NCBI GenBank assembly: GCA_965202665.1
Contig: OZ241841.1
Span: 608,001 to 672,000, forward strand
DNA from: Candidatus Spongiisociaceae bacterium
Lineage (GTDB): Bacteria; Actinomycetota; Acidimicrobiia; Spongiisociales; Spongiisociaceae
Direction of reading: 5' to 3'
DNA length: 64,000 nucleotides
Shown here: positions 19,642-28,009 of the stretch, piece after piece
Layout of the letters: every line of letters starts with the position of its first letter
How positions within the stretch are numbered: the first letter of the stretch is position 1
Program-made: the position numbers and the translations under genes
The notes under the pieces: model-generated
What the model saw: the letters and a program-made list of their open reading frames with translations, nothing else
What the model was told of the DNA's origin: nothing
The model's database searches: none

Positions 19642-20127
19642 CTAGGCGGGGGCGGTTTCCCGCATTTCGCGGGCCGCGTCCAAGATGGAGCGGACGATCT
19701 TGTCGTAACCGGTGCACCGGCACAGGTTGCCCGCCACCCCGTAACGCACCTCCTCTTCGGTGGGGTCGGGATTGCGATCCAACAGGGCTTTGGCCGCCAT
19801 CAGAAAACCGGGGGTGCACACTCCGCACTGCAACGCCGCCCCTTCCAAAAAAGCCTCCTGCAGGGGATGGAGTTTCCTCCCGTCGGCCAAACCTTCGATG
19901 GTGTCGACGGCCGCCCCGTCCGCCTCCGGGGCGGGAACCAGGCAGGAGCAGGTGAGCCGCCCGTTCATGATCACCGAACAGGCCCCGCAGTCGCCGGTGG
20001 CGCATCCTTCTTTGGTTCCGAACAGGCCCAGCGTGTCGCGCAACGCGTCCAGCAGGGTCTGGTCGGCCCGGCACAGAAACTCGGTGGGGTCGCCGTTGAC
20101 GACGGCCGATACGGGATGGTTGATCAT
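19642..20127 (-). CDS. xanthine dehydrogenase-family 2x[2Fe-2S] subunit
   Basis: GCATGDCGAC, QCGVCTPG and NLCRCTGY. Confidence 0.93.
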   Translation of the reverse strand: MINHPVSAVVNGDPTEFLCRADQTLLDALRDTLGLFGTKEGCATGDCGACSVIMNGRLTCSCLVPAPEADGAAVDTIEGLADGRKLHPLQEAFLEGAALQCGVCTPGFLMAAKALLDRNPDPTEEEVRYGVAGNLCRCTGYDKIVRSILDAAREMRETAPA

Positions 20128-20984
20128 CTACGCTCCTTTGCGCGCCCGGCGGCCCGGAGCACGGCCCGGCGGGCCAGCGTCCCGGCCACCCGCCGCCGAA
20201 ACTGTTTGGTGCCGCGTTTGTCGTCGATCGGGTCGCAGGCGACGGCCGCGGCCTCCTCCAGCCTGCGCAGGTCCTCCTCTTCTATAGGGCCGCCCGCCAG
20301 CAGGCCGGGGGCTTCCGCTATCCGCACCGCGGTGGGGGCCACCGCCCCCAAAGCCACCTCGGCGTCCAGGCACGCCCCTTCCCCGTCCAAGGCGATGCGG
20401 GCGGCCGCTCCCGCCGCGGCAATGTCCATTTCGGTGCGGGGAATGAAGCGCAGGTAGGCGTCGCAGGTTCCCGGAGGGGGGCGGTCCACTTCAAACTCCA
20501 CCACAAACTCCCCTTCCCGCAACGCGGTCGTTCCCGGTCCGGTCGCCACTTCCGCCGCCGGGACGGTGCGCATCCCGCCCGGCCCGGCGATCACCGCCCG
20601 GGCCCCGTTGACCGCCAAAGCCGGAACCGAATCGGCGGCCGGGGAGGCGTTGCACAGGTTCCCCCCCAGGCTGGCCCGGGACTGGATCTGGTCGGAGCCG
20701 ATAAGGGCGGCCGCTTCCACCAGTCCGGGCAGATCGGACGACAGTTGTTCGTTTTCGACGAGGGCGGCGGCCGGGGCGGCCGCTCCGATGATCCAGGTTC
20801 CGTTATCAGAACGGATGTCCATCAAGCGGGGAATCCGTTTCAGATCCACCAGCAGGGAAGGTTCGGGCCGGCCCAGGCGAAGTTGCGGAATCAGGTCGGT
20901 GGAACCGGCGTAGGGCCGGGCCTGCGGGTCGCCGGACAGCAATCCGACCGCCTCTTCCACGGAGGCGGGTGTTGCGTACTGCAT
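20124..20984 (-). CDS. xanthine dehydrogenase-family FAD-binding subunit
   Basis: AGSTDL and ASLGGNLCNASPAAD. Confidence 0.93.
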   Translation of the reverse strand: MQYATPASVEEAVGLLSGDPQARPYAGSTDLIPQLRLGRPEPSLLVDLKRIPRLMDIRSDNGTWIIGAAAPAAALVENEQLSSDLPGLVEAAALIGSDQIQSRASLGGNLCNASPAADSVPALAVNGARAVIAGPGGMRTVPAAEVATGPGTTALREGEFVVEFEVDRPPPGTCDAYLRFIPRTEMDIAAAGAAARIALDGEGACLDAEVALGAVAPTAVRIAEAPGLLAGGPIEEEDLRRLEEAAAVACDPIDDKRGTKQFRRRVAGTLARRAVLRAAGRAKERR

Positions 20985-21101
20985 TGCTTTGCTACCTCGT
21001 TTCCTGGATTCGTCCGGCGGCGGGGCGGGCGCCCTCGAAGCGTAAGAATAGCACCCCCGCCGGACAAACCCTCCTCCCCCGCCGGGCTATACCATAACCG
21101 G

Positions 21102-21848
21102 ATGCGCCTGCTATGCGAACCCGGCCCGGAGGAGGCGGCCTTGCAGACCGGGCTGACGCGGGCGGTCCTCTACGAGACGGCGGCGGGCCGTTCGCCGGAA
21201 ACGCTGCGCCTTTACCGGCCGGGGCGGGTGGTCGCCTTCGGGCGGAGGGACGTTTCCGCCCCCGGCTTTCAGCGGGCGGCGGAGGCGGCGGAAAAAGCCG
21301 GTTATCAGAGTACGGTGCGGGCGGCGGGCGGACGGGCGGCGGTGTTTCATCCGGGGACCATCGCTTTCGCCTGGGCCCGCCCCGACCCCGAACCGGCCCG
21401 GGGGGTGACCGACCGCTACCGGCTGGTGAGCGGGGTGGTCCGGGAGGCCCTGTCTTCCCTGGGAGTGGACGCCCGGGTGGGGGAAGTGGCCGGGGAGTAC
21501 TGTCCGGGTGCTTGGTCGGTGAACGGGTCCGGACGGCGCAAACTGATGGGAACCGGCCAGCGCCTGATACCGGGGGCGGCCCACACCGGCGGGGTGATAG
21601 TGGCGGACAACGCCCCGGAAACCCGCAAGATCCTGGAAGCGGTGTATGCGGCGTTGGAAATCGACTGGAATCCGGACACCGCGGGGGCGGTGACCATGTA
21701 CGCCCCCGTTACCTGGGAGGAAGTGCGGGATGCGACGCTGGAACAGTGGCGGCGGGCGGGCCTGGGTCCGTTGCGCGAAGGCGGATGGACCGAGCGGGAG
21801 AAGGAAACGGCCCGCCGCTTGGCGGAAGGGGGAGCCGGGCGGGGGTAG
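21102..21848 (+). CDS. lipoate-protein ligase A / octanoyltransferase family protein
   Basis: RAAGGRAAVFHPG, YCPGAWSV and KLMGTGQR; leaderless ATG 21102 follows TACCAT. Confidence 0.82.
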   Translation: MRLLCEPGPEEAALQTGLTRAVLYETAAGRSPETLRLYRPGRVVAFGRRDVSAPGFQRAAEAAEKAGYQSTVRAAGGRAAVFHPGTIAFAWARPDPEPARGVTDRYRLVSGVVREALSSLGVDARVGEVAGEYCPGAWSVNGSGRRKLMGTGQRLIPGAAHTGGVIVADNAPETRKILEAVYAALEIDWNPDTAGAVTMYAPVTWEEVRDATLEQWRRAGLGPLREGGWTEREKETARRLAEGGAGRG

Positions 21849-21858
21849 CCTGTAGGCG

Positions 21859-23028
21859 ATGAAATACCTGTTGCTCAACGGACCGAACCTGAACCTGCTG
21901 GGAACCCGGGAACCGGAGGTGTACGGGCGCGAAACGTTGGAAGATGTGGAAGCCAAATGCCGGGCCTGGGCCGGGGAACTGGGCGGGACGGTGGAAGCCG
22001 TTTGCTCCAATCATGAAGGGGAACTGATCGAAGCGGTGCATTCCGCCCGGGGGCGGATAGACGGGATCGTGTTTAACCCGGGGGCCTACGCCCACACCAG
22101 TTACGCCCTGCACGATGCGGTGGCGGCGGCGGAGACTCCCACCGTGGAAATCCACATTTCCGATGTGGAATCCCGGGAACCCTGGCGGAGGATTTCCCGC
22201 ATCGGGCCGGCTTGCGCGCATCGCATCTTCGGGCGGGGAGTGGAAGGTTACAAGTGGGCCATCCGCCACCTCCATTACCGGGCGCTCCACCCGCCGACCA
22301 CCCGCGCCTACGGGGAAGACCCGGACAATGTGGGCGACCTGCGCCTGCCCGAGGCGGGACGGGACGGGGGCCCTTATCCGGTAGCGGTCCTGTTTCACGG
22401 GGGCGGATGGCGGCGGGTCATCACCCGGGATGTGATGGACGGGGCGGCGGTGGACCTGGCCCGGCGGGGGACGGCGACGTGGAATGTGGAATATCGCCGC
22501 ATCCCGCCGGTGGGAGGGTGGCGTGCCATGCTGGAAGACGGGACGGCGGCGGTGGATCACCTGCGGGATCTGGCGGACGAGTTTCCGCTGGACATAGAGC
22601 GTGTGACGACGGTCGGGCATTCGGCGGGAGGGCACGTAGCGTTTTTCGCTTCCCGCGCGGCCCGCAACGCCCGGGTACAACCCGCCCGGTTCGTCCCCCT
22701 GGCTTCCATGCTGGACTTGGATCTATCGGCCCGCTCGCACCGCCTAGGGGTGTTGGTGGAAAGATTGCTGGGAGGCGAAGAGGGGGCCTTCGACGACCTG
22801 AACCCGACCGGATTGGTTCCGCTGGGAATACCCACCGTTGCCTTGCACGGAACGGCCGACGAGTCGGTGGATGTGAAACAGAGCCGCAACTACGTGCGAG
22901 CCGCGCAAGAAAAAGGCGACCAAGCGGAGCTGATGGAAATACCCGGCGCAGAACACGGAGATTTCCTAGAACCAAACTCAACAGCCTGGCAGGCGGCGGC
23001 CCAACAAATAATCGAGCCGCCCGCCTAG
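21859..23028 (+). CDS. aroQ: type II 3-dehydroquinate dehydratase fused to an alpha/beta hydrolase
   Basis: Residues 1-140: LLNGPNLNLLGTREPEVYG, NPGAYAHTSYALHDA, VEIHIS. Rest: HGGGW, GHSAGG, HGTADESV, H. Confidence 0.85.
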   Translation: MKYLLLNGPNLNLLGTREPEVYGRETLEDVEAKCRAWAGELGGTVEAVCSNHEGELIEAVHSARGRIDGIVFNPGAYAHTSYALHDAVAAAETPTVEIHISDVESREPWRRISRIGPACAHRIFGRGVEGYKWAIRHLHYRALHPPTTRAYGEDPDNVGDLRLPEAGRDGGPYPVAVLFHGGGWRRVITRDVMDGAAVDLARRGTATWNVEYRRIPPVGGWRAMLEDGTAAVDHLRDLADEFPLDIERVTTVGHSAGGHVAFFASRAARNARVQPARFVPLASMLDLDLSARSHRLGVLVERLLGGEEGAFDDLNPTGLVPLGIPTVALHGTADESVDVKQSRNYVRAAQEKGDQAELMEIPGAEHGDFLEPNSTAWQAAAQQIIEPPA

Positions 23029-23106
23029 CATTCCCCGCTTAGAAGCCCCACCGCGCGCCCCTAACACCCTCCCCTGCCATAGCGCAACCCACCAAGACCA
23101 TCCGCA

Positions 23107-23722
23107 TCAAATAGGGGAATACGGAGACGAAACAACGACACGGTTCGCAAGGGCCCAGAACCCAAGCCGGAACAGAAGAATTCCTAGGCTGACCAGGCAA
23201 AAGGAAAGTAAGAACAATGCCTGAAATCAAATTACGGGAACCAGCGGCCGGCTCCGCGTTGCGCGGAGGATTCGTGAAGTGGACGGTCCCCGGCGACACC
23301 GTGGAGGGCGTGGCGACCTTCGTTGACTTGGAGAAGGGCAGCCGCGACATGAACGGCAACGTTCACGGCCTCCTCCAGGTTTACGACCCCACGGTCGGCG
23401 ACCAGGGCGATGATGGTTTCTACCGGCAGATCGACCTGAACCAAAAGGGCTTGCTGGCGGAGGTTGACCGGTGCATCCGTTCCGGGCTACAGCCCGGCTG
23501 GCACATTCGGTTGACCTTTGTGGAGGCCTTGACCAGCCAGAAGAACAGCGCCTACACGTGGAAGCGGTTCAAGTCGCTGTTCGCCAAACCCACTTTGACC
23601 GAGGCCGAATTGGCGTTGCTGATCGCCAACGGGCGGTGCGACGGGGAGAACGGAACGGCCCCGGCCCGGCAAGCTCCGGCCTAACCGGGCCCGTCGCTCC
23701 GGGCGCCCCGGCCCCTATTTGA
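23107..23722. repeat. 11-bp perfect inverted repeat flanking the SSB-like gene
   Basis: TCAAATAGGGG (23107-23117) and CCCCTATTTGA (23712-23722). Confidence 0.55.
23217..23684 (+). CDS. phage-like hypothetical protein, possibly an OB-fold ssDNA-binding protein
   Basis: FVKWTVPGDTVEG..., LQPGWHIRLTF and WKRF resemble actinophage SSB-like proteins; AAAGGA SD. Function is inferred. Confidence 0.5.
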   Translation: MPEIKLREPAAGSALRGGFVKWTVPGDTVEGVATFVDLEKGSRDMNGNVHGLLQVYDPTVGDQGDDGFYRQIDLNQKGLLAEVDRCIRSGLQPGWHIRLTFVEALTSQKNSAYTWKRFKSLFAKPTLTEAELALLIANGRCDGENGTAPARQAPA

Positions 23723-23876
23723 CCGGAGGGTCAGTATCCGGAGGGGAGGGTCTTTGATCCATTACCACGTCGTTAGGGGAGGGAATTTTTGGCTTCCCCC
23801 CATACGACCACCGAGGAATGGGATCGCCAGTTCAGTTTGTGTTTTGCCGTTTACCGTCTTGGGAGCCGACCCCGCT

Positions 23877-25169
23877 TTACCCGGCCGCACCTCCCTCCCT
23901 CGAATCGTTCCACGCCTCATTCGCAGAACCCAAAAAATCTTTGATGTCCAACAACCAGGTGAACAGGGCGTGATGCTCCGCCAACTTGGCGCGGCTCAGG
24001 AACCTGGCCTCGTATTTGCCCGACTGCTCCAGCAGCGCCACCGCCGCCGCGCTGGGGAACGCCACCTCCCGCACAATCCCGCCCCCGTCGATCATCCAGT
24101 CGGCGCCCGCGTAGGCGGCCAACTGCAGGGCGTTGTCCGGGTAGCGGTAATTAGAGGTTTTCCAATCCACCATCACATGCGCCCCTCCGATTATCCCGGC
24201 TGGCCGGTGGTGGTAGAGGTAATTAGAGGTTTTCCAATCCACCATCACCACTTTGCCGGAGCGGGAACGGGCCATCAAATCCACGGTGCCCGCGTAGTTG
24301 AACCGGTCGGAGAAGACCCGGTATTCCACGGCCAGCACCCCCAACAGGTTCTCCTCGCAAAAAGCGCGCGCCGCCGCCACGTAACCGTCGATAACGCCAT
24401 CGGCACACCAGACGGCCACTGGCGGGGAAACCGGTGAAACTGGGCGAGGGCGGTGCGGCGGAGACAACGGAAGGGGGCGGCTCACCCTACCCCGTTTAGC
24501 GGAAGTTAATAGGAGGGAACTTTCCACTGCTTGCCGGAGGCGGGGGCCGGACCGATACGGGCGGAGGGCGGCGAAAACTGCGAATTGGCCGAAAAAGGGC
24601 GCTCATAGAGGGCGATTTCCGGCGTTTGTGGGCACTCCCCCTAACTGAAGTACAAGGAAATCGGGGGACTTAAAGGGAAAATATGGTATAGTTCGGGGCG
24701 GCGGGCGGGCGCCCGATTGGCGGGCAAACGCGTTTTTTCCATTACCGCGTTCCTTCCCCGTCCGCCCTTTTTCCCGCTGGACACTCGCACTCCTCCAGCG
24801 CCTCCGCGTGCCCCTGCCGGTAACCGTCCCTCCATCCCGCCCGGTATCCGCCATCCGGCGGTGGCGGCGCCTCCCGGGGGCCAGGATTTTCTCCAGCTGG
24901 TCGCGCACCGCAGCACCCTGGTTTCCCCGCATTCGCATATAACGGTAGGGAGCGCGTTGCAGGTAAGCGAGCGCCTCTCGCTCCGACATCCCCTCGTGCC
25001 CGCCCTCCACCGCCGCCTGTGCGGCCATCTTGGAGCCCCACCCCACCAGGTGCGGCTTGGGGTAGGCCTCGGAGAGGATGGTGGTAACCGAGGGGTAACG
25101 CCGCCCCCTGGTTTCGTAAACTCGCCGTCCGGAGGAATTCTCATGTACCCTCAGTTCCGGTGCGTTCAT
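23877..25169 (-). pseudogene. interrupted phage-type PD-(D/E)XK (Cas4-like) exonuclease
   Basis: N-half (25169 to about 24879): RYPSVTTIL..KPHLVGW. C-half (about 24418 to 23877): VE.RVFS..YAGTVDL, DWKTS, LQLAAY. Both halves share one frame, separated by 465 bp with one TGA. Confidence 0.7.
24141..24248. repeat. 36-bp direct repeat (1 mismatch) separated by a 36-bp unique spacer
   Basis: GTAG[C/A]GGTAATTAGAGGTTTTCCAATCCACCATCAC at 24141-24176 and 24213-24248. Confidence 0.9.
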
Positions 25170-25208
25170 TTTTTACCTTTCATTGTCCGATATCTTCCGG
25201 CGCAAAGG

Positions 25209-26030
25209 TCAACCGGCCTGGGGGTGGGCGGTTTTTCTTATCTGTTGGCGGGTGGCGGCTATGTAACGGCAGGCTTCCAACAGCGGGCCGTGGACCGCAT
25301 CCGCCCATAGGCGGTGTCCGGATGCGTTGGGATGAAACAGGTCGGGGCCGAACAGACCGGGGTCGGAACGGAACGACTGGCTCACCCCCTCCCACATTGA
25401 CAGGGTGGTCACCTTCGGATTTATCCGCTCCATGCGCCGGTGCGCCCGGTCGCCCCGCCGGGAACGCCAGGTGAGCAGGGCGGCCAGCGGCTGCGGGGCG
25501 CGGGGGATGGAACCCAAATCTCCGATCCCCATGAAGATGACCTTTTCCGCCGTCTGGGAAAGCAGCTCGGCCACATGGGACAGCCGATGTTCTATCAGGC
25601 GGGCGGGAACCCCCCGCAACAGGTCGTTGGCCCCGCCCGACACCACCGCCACATCCGGGGCCATCGCCAGCGCGACGGGCAGTTGCCGGTCCCTGACTTC
25701 CCGGGATCGGGCTCCGCCCCGGGCTAAAGAACTCAGGACGATCCGGTACCGGTAAGGCAACCGGCGCACCGCCTGTCGCAACCACATGTCGGACGGGTCG
25801 GACAAACCGGCCCCGGTCAGCACGCTGTCCCCCAAAGCGACGATGCGGATGGGGACGCCGTCCGGATGGCCAAACGAGCCGGAGCATTCCAAGTCGGGAG
25901 AATGAGGCAAACGGCGATGCCCGGCGTAGTAAACCTGGGCGGCCAAACCCCCCGCCGCGGCGGCCGCCGCCCAACCCGCCGCCTGGGCGGCGCGGCGAAC
26001 GGCGCTTCCGGTTGCGAGACCGAGGTTCAT
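25209..26030 (-). CDS. SGNH/GDSL hydrolase
   Basis: LGDS, GGAND and DLFHP; leaderless ATG 26030. Confidence 0.88.
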   Translation of the reverse strand: MNLGLATGSAVRRAAQAAGWAAAAAAGGLAAQVYYAGHRRLPHSPDLECSGSFGHPDGVPIRIVALGDSVLTGAGLSDPSDMWLRQAVRRLPYRYRIVLSSLARGGARSREVRDRQLPVALAMAPDVAVVSGGANDLLRGVPARLIEHRLSHVAELLSQTAEKVIFMGIGDLGSIPRAPQPLAALLTWRSRRGDRAHRRMERINPKVTTLSMWEGVSQSFRSDPGLFGPDLFHPNASGHRLWADAVHGPLLEACRYIAATRQQIRKTAHPQAG

Positions 26031-26077
26031 ATCCAAATTTTACCGCGCCGGGGGAGTTAGATAACGGGGCCCTCCCG

Positions 26078-26659
26078 CTATGCGGGCGCGACTCGGCGGA
26101 CGCCGGACTGGGTGGCCAGGTGGGTCACGGCCGCATCACGGTCGGCGGTGGGGATGCGCTCCACCACCATTTGGTCGGTCGTCACCCCAACTAGGGCGGC
26201 GCCGGGATTGATTTGGGGCAGGAGCCCGTCGTAATAACCGGCCCCCCGGCCCAGGCGGGAACCGGCGCGGTCGAACACCAACCCGGGGACCAAAACCACC
26301 CCCACCGCGGACGGTTCCACCGGCGGGGATTGGGGGGCGGGCTGGGCGAACCCGTAACGATGGGTTTCCAGAGGACCGTCCGCCCGGTGGAGGGTGAGCG
26401 GGCCTTGGGGCGGGGTGCGGGTGAGGGCGAAGGGGCGGGCGGCGCGCCGGGGCAGGTCGGCCAAATCCGCTTCGTCGGGCAGGGCGCAGAAGGAAACCAC
26501 CCACCCGGGGGGCGCGGTGGGAAGCCATTCGGCCAGCCGGGCCACCACCTGTTCGGAGATGTCCGCGGGCAGGACGGCGGGGCGGACGGCGCGGGCCCAC
26601 CGGCGCCACTCCCGCTTGGGGGCGTCGGCGGCGGGAGGCGGAGGCGGGCCGGGGTTCAC
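26078..26659 (-). CDS. 5-formyltetrahydrofolate cyclo-ligase
   Basis: VLVPGLVFDRAGSRLGRGAGYYD; the GTG start overlaps the upstream stop. Confidence 0.88.
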   Translation of the reverse strand: MNPGPPPPPAADAPKREWRRWARAVRPAVLPADISEQVVARLAEWLPTAPPGWVVSFCALPDEADLADLPRRAARPFALTRTPPQGPLTLHRADGPLETHRYGFAQPAPQSPPVEPSAVGVVLVPGLVFDRAGSRLGRGAGYYDGLLPQINPGAALVGVTTDQMVVERIPTADRDAAVTHLATQSGVRRVAPA

Positions 26660-27870
26660 AGAGCAGCCCGCAGGGGCCGGATCAGGTTGCCTTTCCGCCC
26701 GGGGGCGACATCGGACAGGCCCAGCCAACCGGCCAGAAGGCGCAGTTCGGCGGCCAGGGCCTTGGCCGTCGCCGGGCGGTCCGCGTCCGGTTCGGCGAAG
26801 GCGGCGGGTATGCGCAGAATCCCAGCCGGGCGGTCGGCTTTGACATCCACCCGCCCCGCCATCCGCCCGTTCAGCAGAAACGGCAGCACGTAGTAGCCGA
26901 ACACCCGCTTGGGGCGGGGCGTGTAAATCTCGATTCGGTAGCGGAACCCGAACATCCGCTCGGTGCGGGCCCGATCCCACACCAGCGGGTCGAAAGGGGC
27001 CAGCAGGGCCGTGCCCCGGCGACTGCGGGGAATGGCCAGATCCGGGGAGGCGTAGGCGGGTTTGCCCCACCCGGACACCTCCGCTTCCCGCAACTCCCCC
27101 CGCTCCACCAGGGCGCCGACCGCCTGGGAGGCGGCCGCTTTGCGCATTCGGAAAAAGTCGGCCAAGTCGTCGACCGTCCCCACCCCCAGGGCGGTAGAGG
27201 CCTCCAAAACCATCATCCGGTCGGCCTGCGCCGCATCGGGCGGGGGGACCTCCCGCAGTCCGGGGGGAATGACCCGCTCCGTCAGGTCGTACCAGCGTTG
27301 GAAGTTGACCCGTTTGGCCACCGAAACCGCCCCGGTTGCGAACAGCCATTCCAGCGCCAACCGGGTTCGTCCGTAACTTTTCCACCATCCGCTAGAGGGG
27401 GCGACGGCCTCCCCTTCCCCTATCCGCCGGGCGGGGGCCGGGCCGAGGCGGGCCACCCTCTCCAAAACTTCGGCTACGAAATCGGGGGAGGCGAGGGCCA
27501 ACTCCCGCACCTGTCCCCACGGGTGGTCGCGCATCGCCTCCATGCGGGGCCGCAACATCGGATAAAAGTCAACGGGGGCGTAGGAACGTTCGTGGCACCA
27601 GTATTCGAACATCGCCTTGTCTTCATATATCCACCGGTCGAGGGCGGCCCGGTCGTAGGGGCCGAGGCGGGAGAACATGGGCAGATAGTGGGCCCGGACC
27701 ACGGTGTTCACCGAATCGATCTGCAACAGGCGTATGCGGCGGATGACCCGGCGGAAATGGCGGACGTCCGTCCGGCCGGGGCGGCCGTCGGCGAACCCTT
27801 GGGCGGCCAGATAAGCGCGGGCGGCGGCCTCGTTGCTTAAACGAATCGGTTGGCGACGGGAAGTCGGCAT
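26656..27870 (-). CDS. YcaQ/AlkZ-family winged-helix crosslink-repair DNA glycosylase
   Basis: LQIDSVN, EYWCHE, LLAPFDPLVWDR, YRIEIY and GYYVLPFL. Confidence 0.88.
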   Translation of the reverse strand: MPTSRRQPIRLSNEAAARAYLAAQGFADGRPGRTDVRHFRRVIRRIRLLQIDSVNTVVRAHYLPMFSRLGPYDRAALDRWIYEDKAMFEYWCHERSYAPVDFYPMLRPRMEAMRDHPWGQVRELALASPDFVAEVLERVARLGPAPARRIGEGEAVAPSSGWWKSYGRTRLALEWLFATGAVSVAKRVNFQRWYDLTERVIPPGLREVPPPDAAQADRMMVLEASTALGVGTVDDLADFFRMRKAAASQAVGALVERGELREAEVSGWGKPAYASPDLAIPRSRRGTALLAPFDPLVWDRARTERMFGFRYRIEIYTPRPKRVFGYYVLPFLLNGRMAGRVDVKADRPAGILRIPAAFAEPDADRPATAKALAAELRLLAGWLGLSDVAPGRKGNLIRPLRAAL

Positions 27871-28009
27871 CCTGGCGTTTTCTCCTAAAATCTTTCGTCC
27901 CGTCGGGGCGGCGTTTGCGGGGCGGGGGCGGGTGAACGGGCGTCGGCAAGATTAGCGGACGGCGTTCCAAAGGTTTTTTGTCACAGCCCGCCTTTATCCT
28001 GGGTTTGAT

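Noticed and set aside
13171-19955. Very long plus-strand ORFs (1110 aa and 944 aa), and similar ones such as 40513-43185
   Set aside because: Antisense shadows of well-supported minus-strand genes; expected in high-GC DNA and lacking motifs.
24603-24605. Selenocysteine or readthrough at the single TGA joining the nuclease halves
   Set aside because: The intervening translation is not protein-like and no SECIS-like hairpin was recognised.
24655-24700. Weak resemblance to group I intron R/S elements (GGACTTAA...ATGGTATAGTTC)
   Set aside because: It lies antisense to the interrupted gene, pairs poorly as P7, and is better explained as an extended -10 promoter.
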